From Bdellovibrionales bacterium (GTDB lineage Bacteria; Bdellovibrionota; Bdellovibrionia; Bdellovibrionales; Bdellovibrionaceae), in the NCBI GenBank assembly GCA_031370005.1, contig JANMPT010000074.1, forward strand, positions 1-57,361: a DNA stretch of 57,361 nt, given 5' to 3'. The position numbers were made by a program, and so were the translations under genes. The first letter of the stretch is position 1; each line of letters starts with the position of its first letter. This document shows positions 57,306-57,361 of the stretch, one piece after another. The notes under the pieces were generated by a model. It saw only the letters and a list, made by a program, of their open reading frames with translations, ran no database searches and had not been told where the DNA came from.

Positions 57306-57361
57306 CTAAATGTTGTAGCATTTTTCGGGAGGTACGGCCTTCTTTTTAGTATTGCGGCGCA

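Overview
A 57 kb chromosomal segment that looks like it comes from a Bdellovibrio-like predatory bacterium (Bdellovibrionota). This is inferred from gene content: DivIVA in a diderm context, FQNC-type lipoproteins, a TadC/DUF192/FHA cluster and a CFI-box-CTERM protein. The housekeeping backbone is mutY, speB, mpaA, glmU-glmS, mltF, maf-yggS-proC-divIVA-yggU, pssA-asd, truA-rplM-rpsI and recX-alaS. Accessory modules interrupt it: (1) a secreted HExxH protein missed by the ORF track, a trypsin-like protease and a membrane class III cyclase-like/HEAT protein with non-canonical active-site residues; (2) two HUH/Y1 (RAYT-like) transposases, one bounded by 30-bp hairpin-forming inverted repeats and preceded by a sigma54-type promoter; (3) a nucleotidyltransferase/BrnA-like RHH pair with a perfect 22-bp palindrome inside a leaderless promoter; (4) an islet with a divergent TPR-wHTH regulator and FeeM-like N-acyltransferase-PilZ gene beside a modular lipoprotein; (5) a TadC-DUF192-3xFHA-pseudo-PP2C operon resembling Tad/Kil predation machinery; (6) a bufferin-type MNIO RiPP cluster led by YceI and lacking DoxX; (7) a CFI-box-CTERM protein paired with an outer-membrane beta-barrel. 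No rRNA, tRNA or CRISPR array was seen. All family assignments come from reading motifs by eye, not from database searches.
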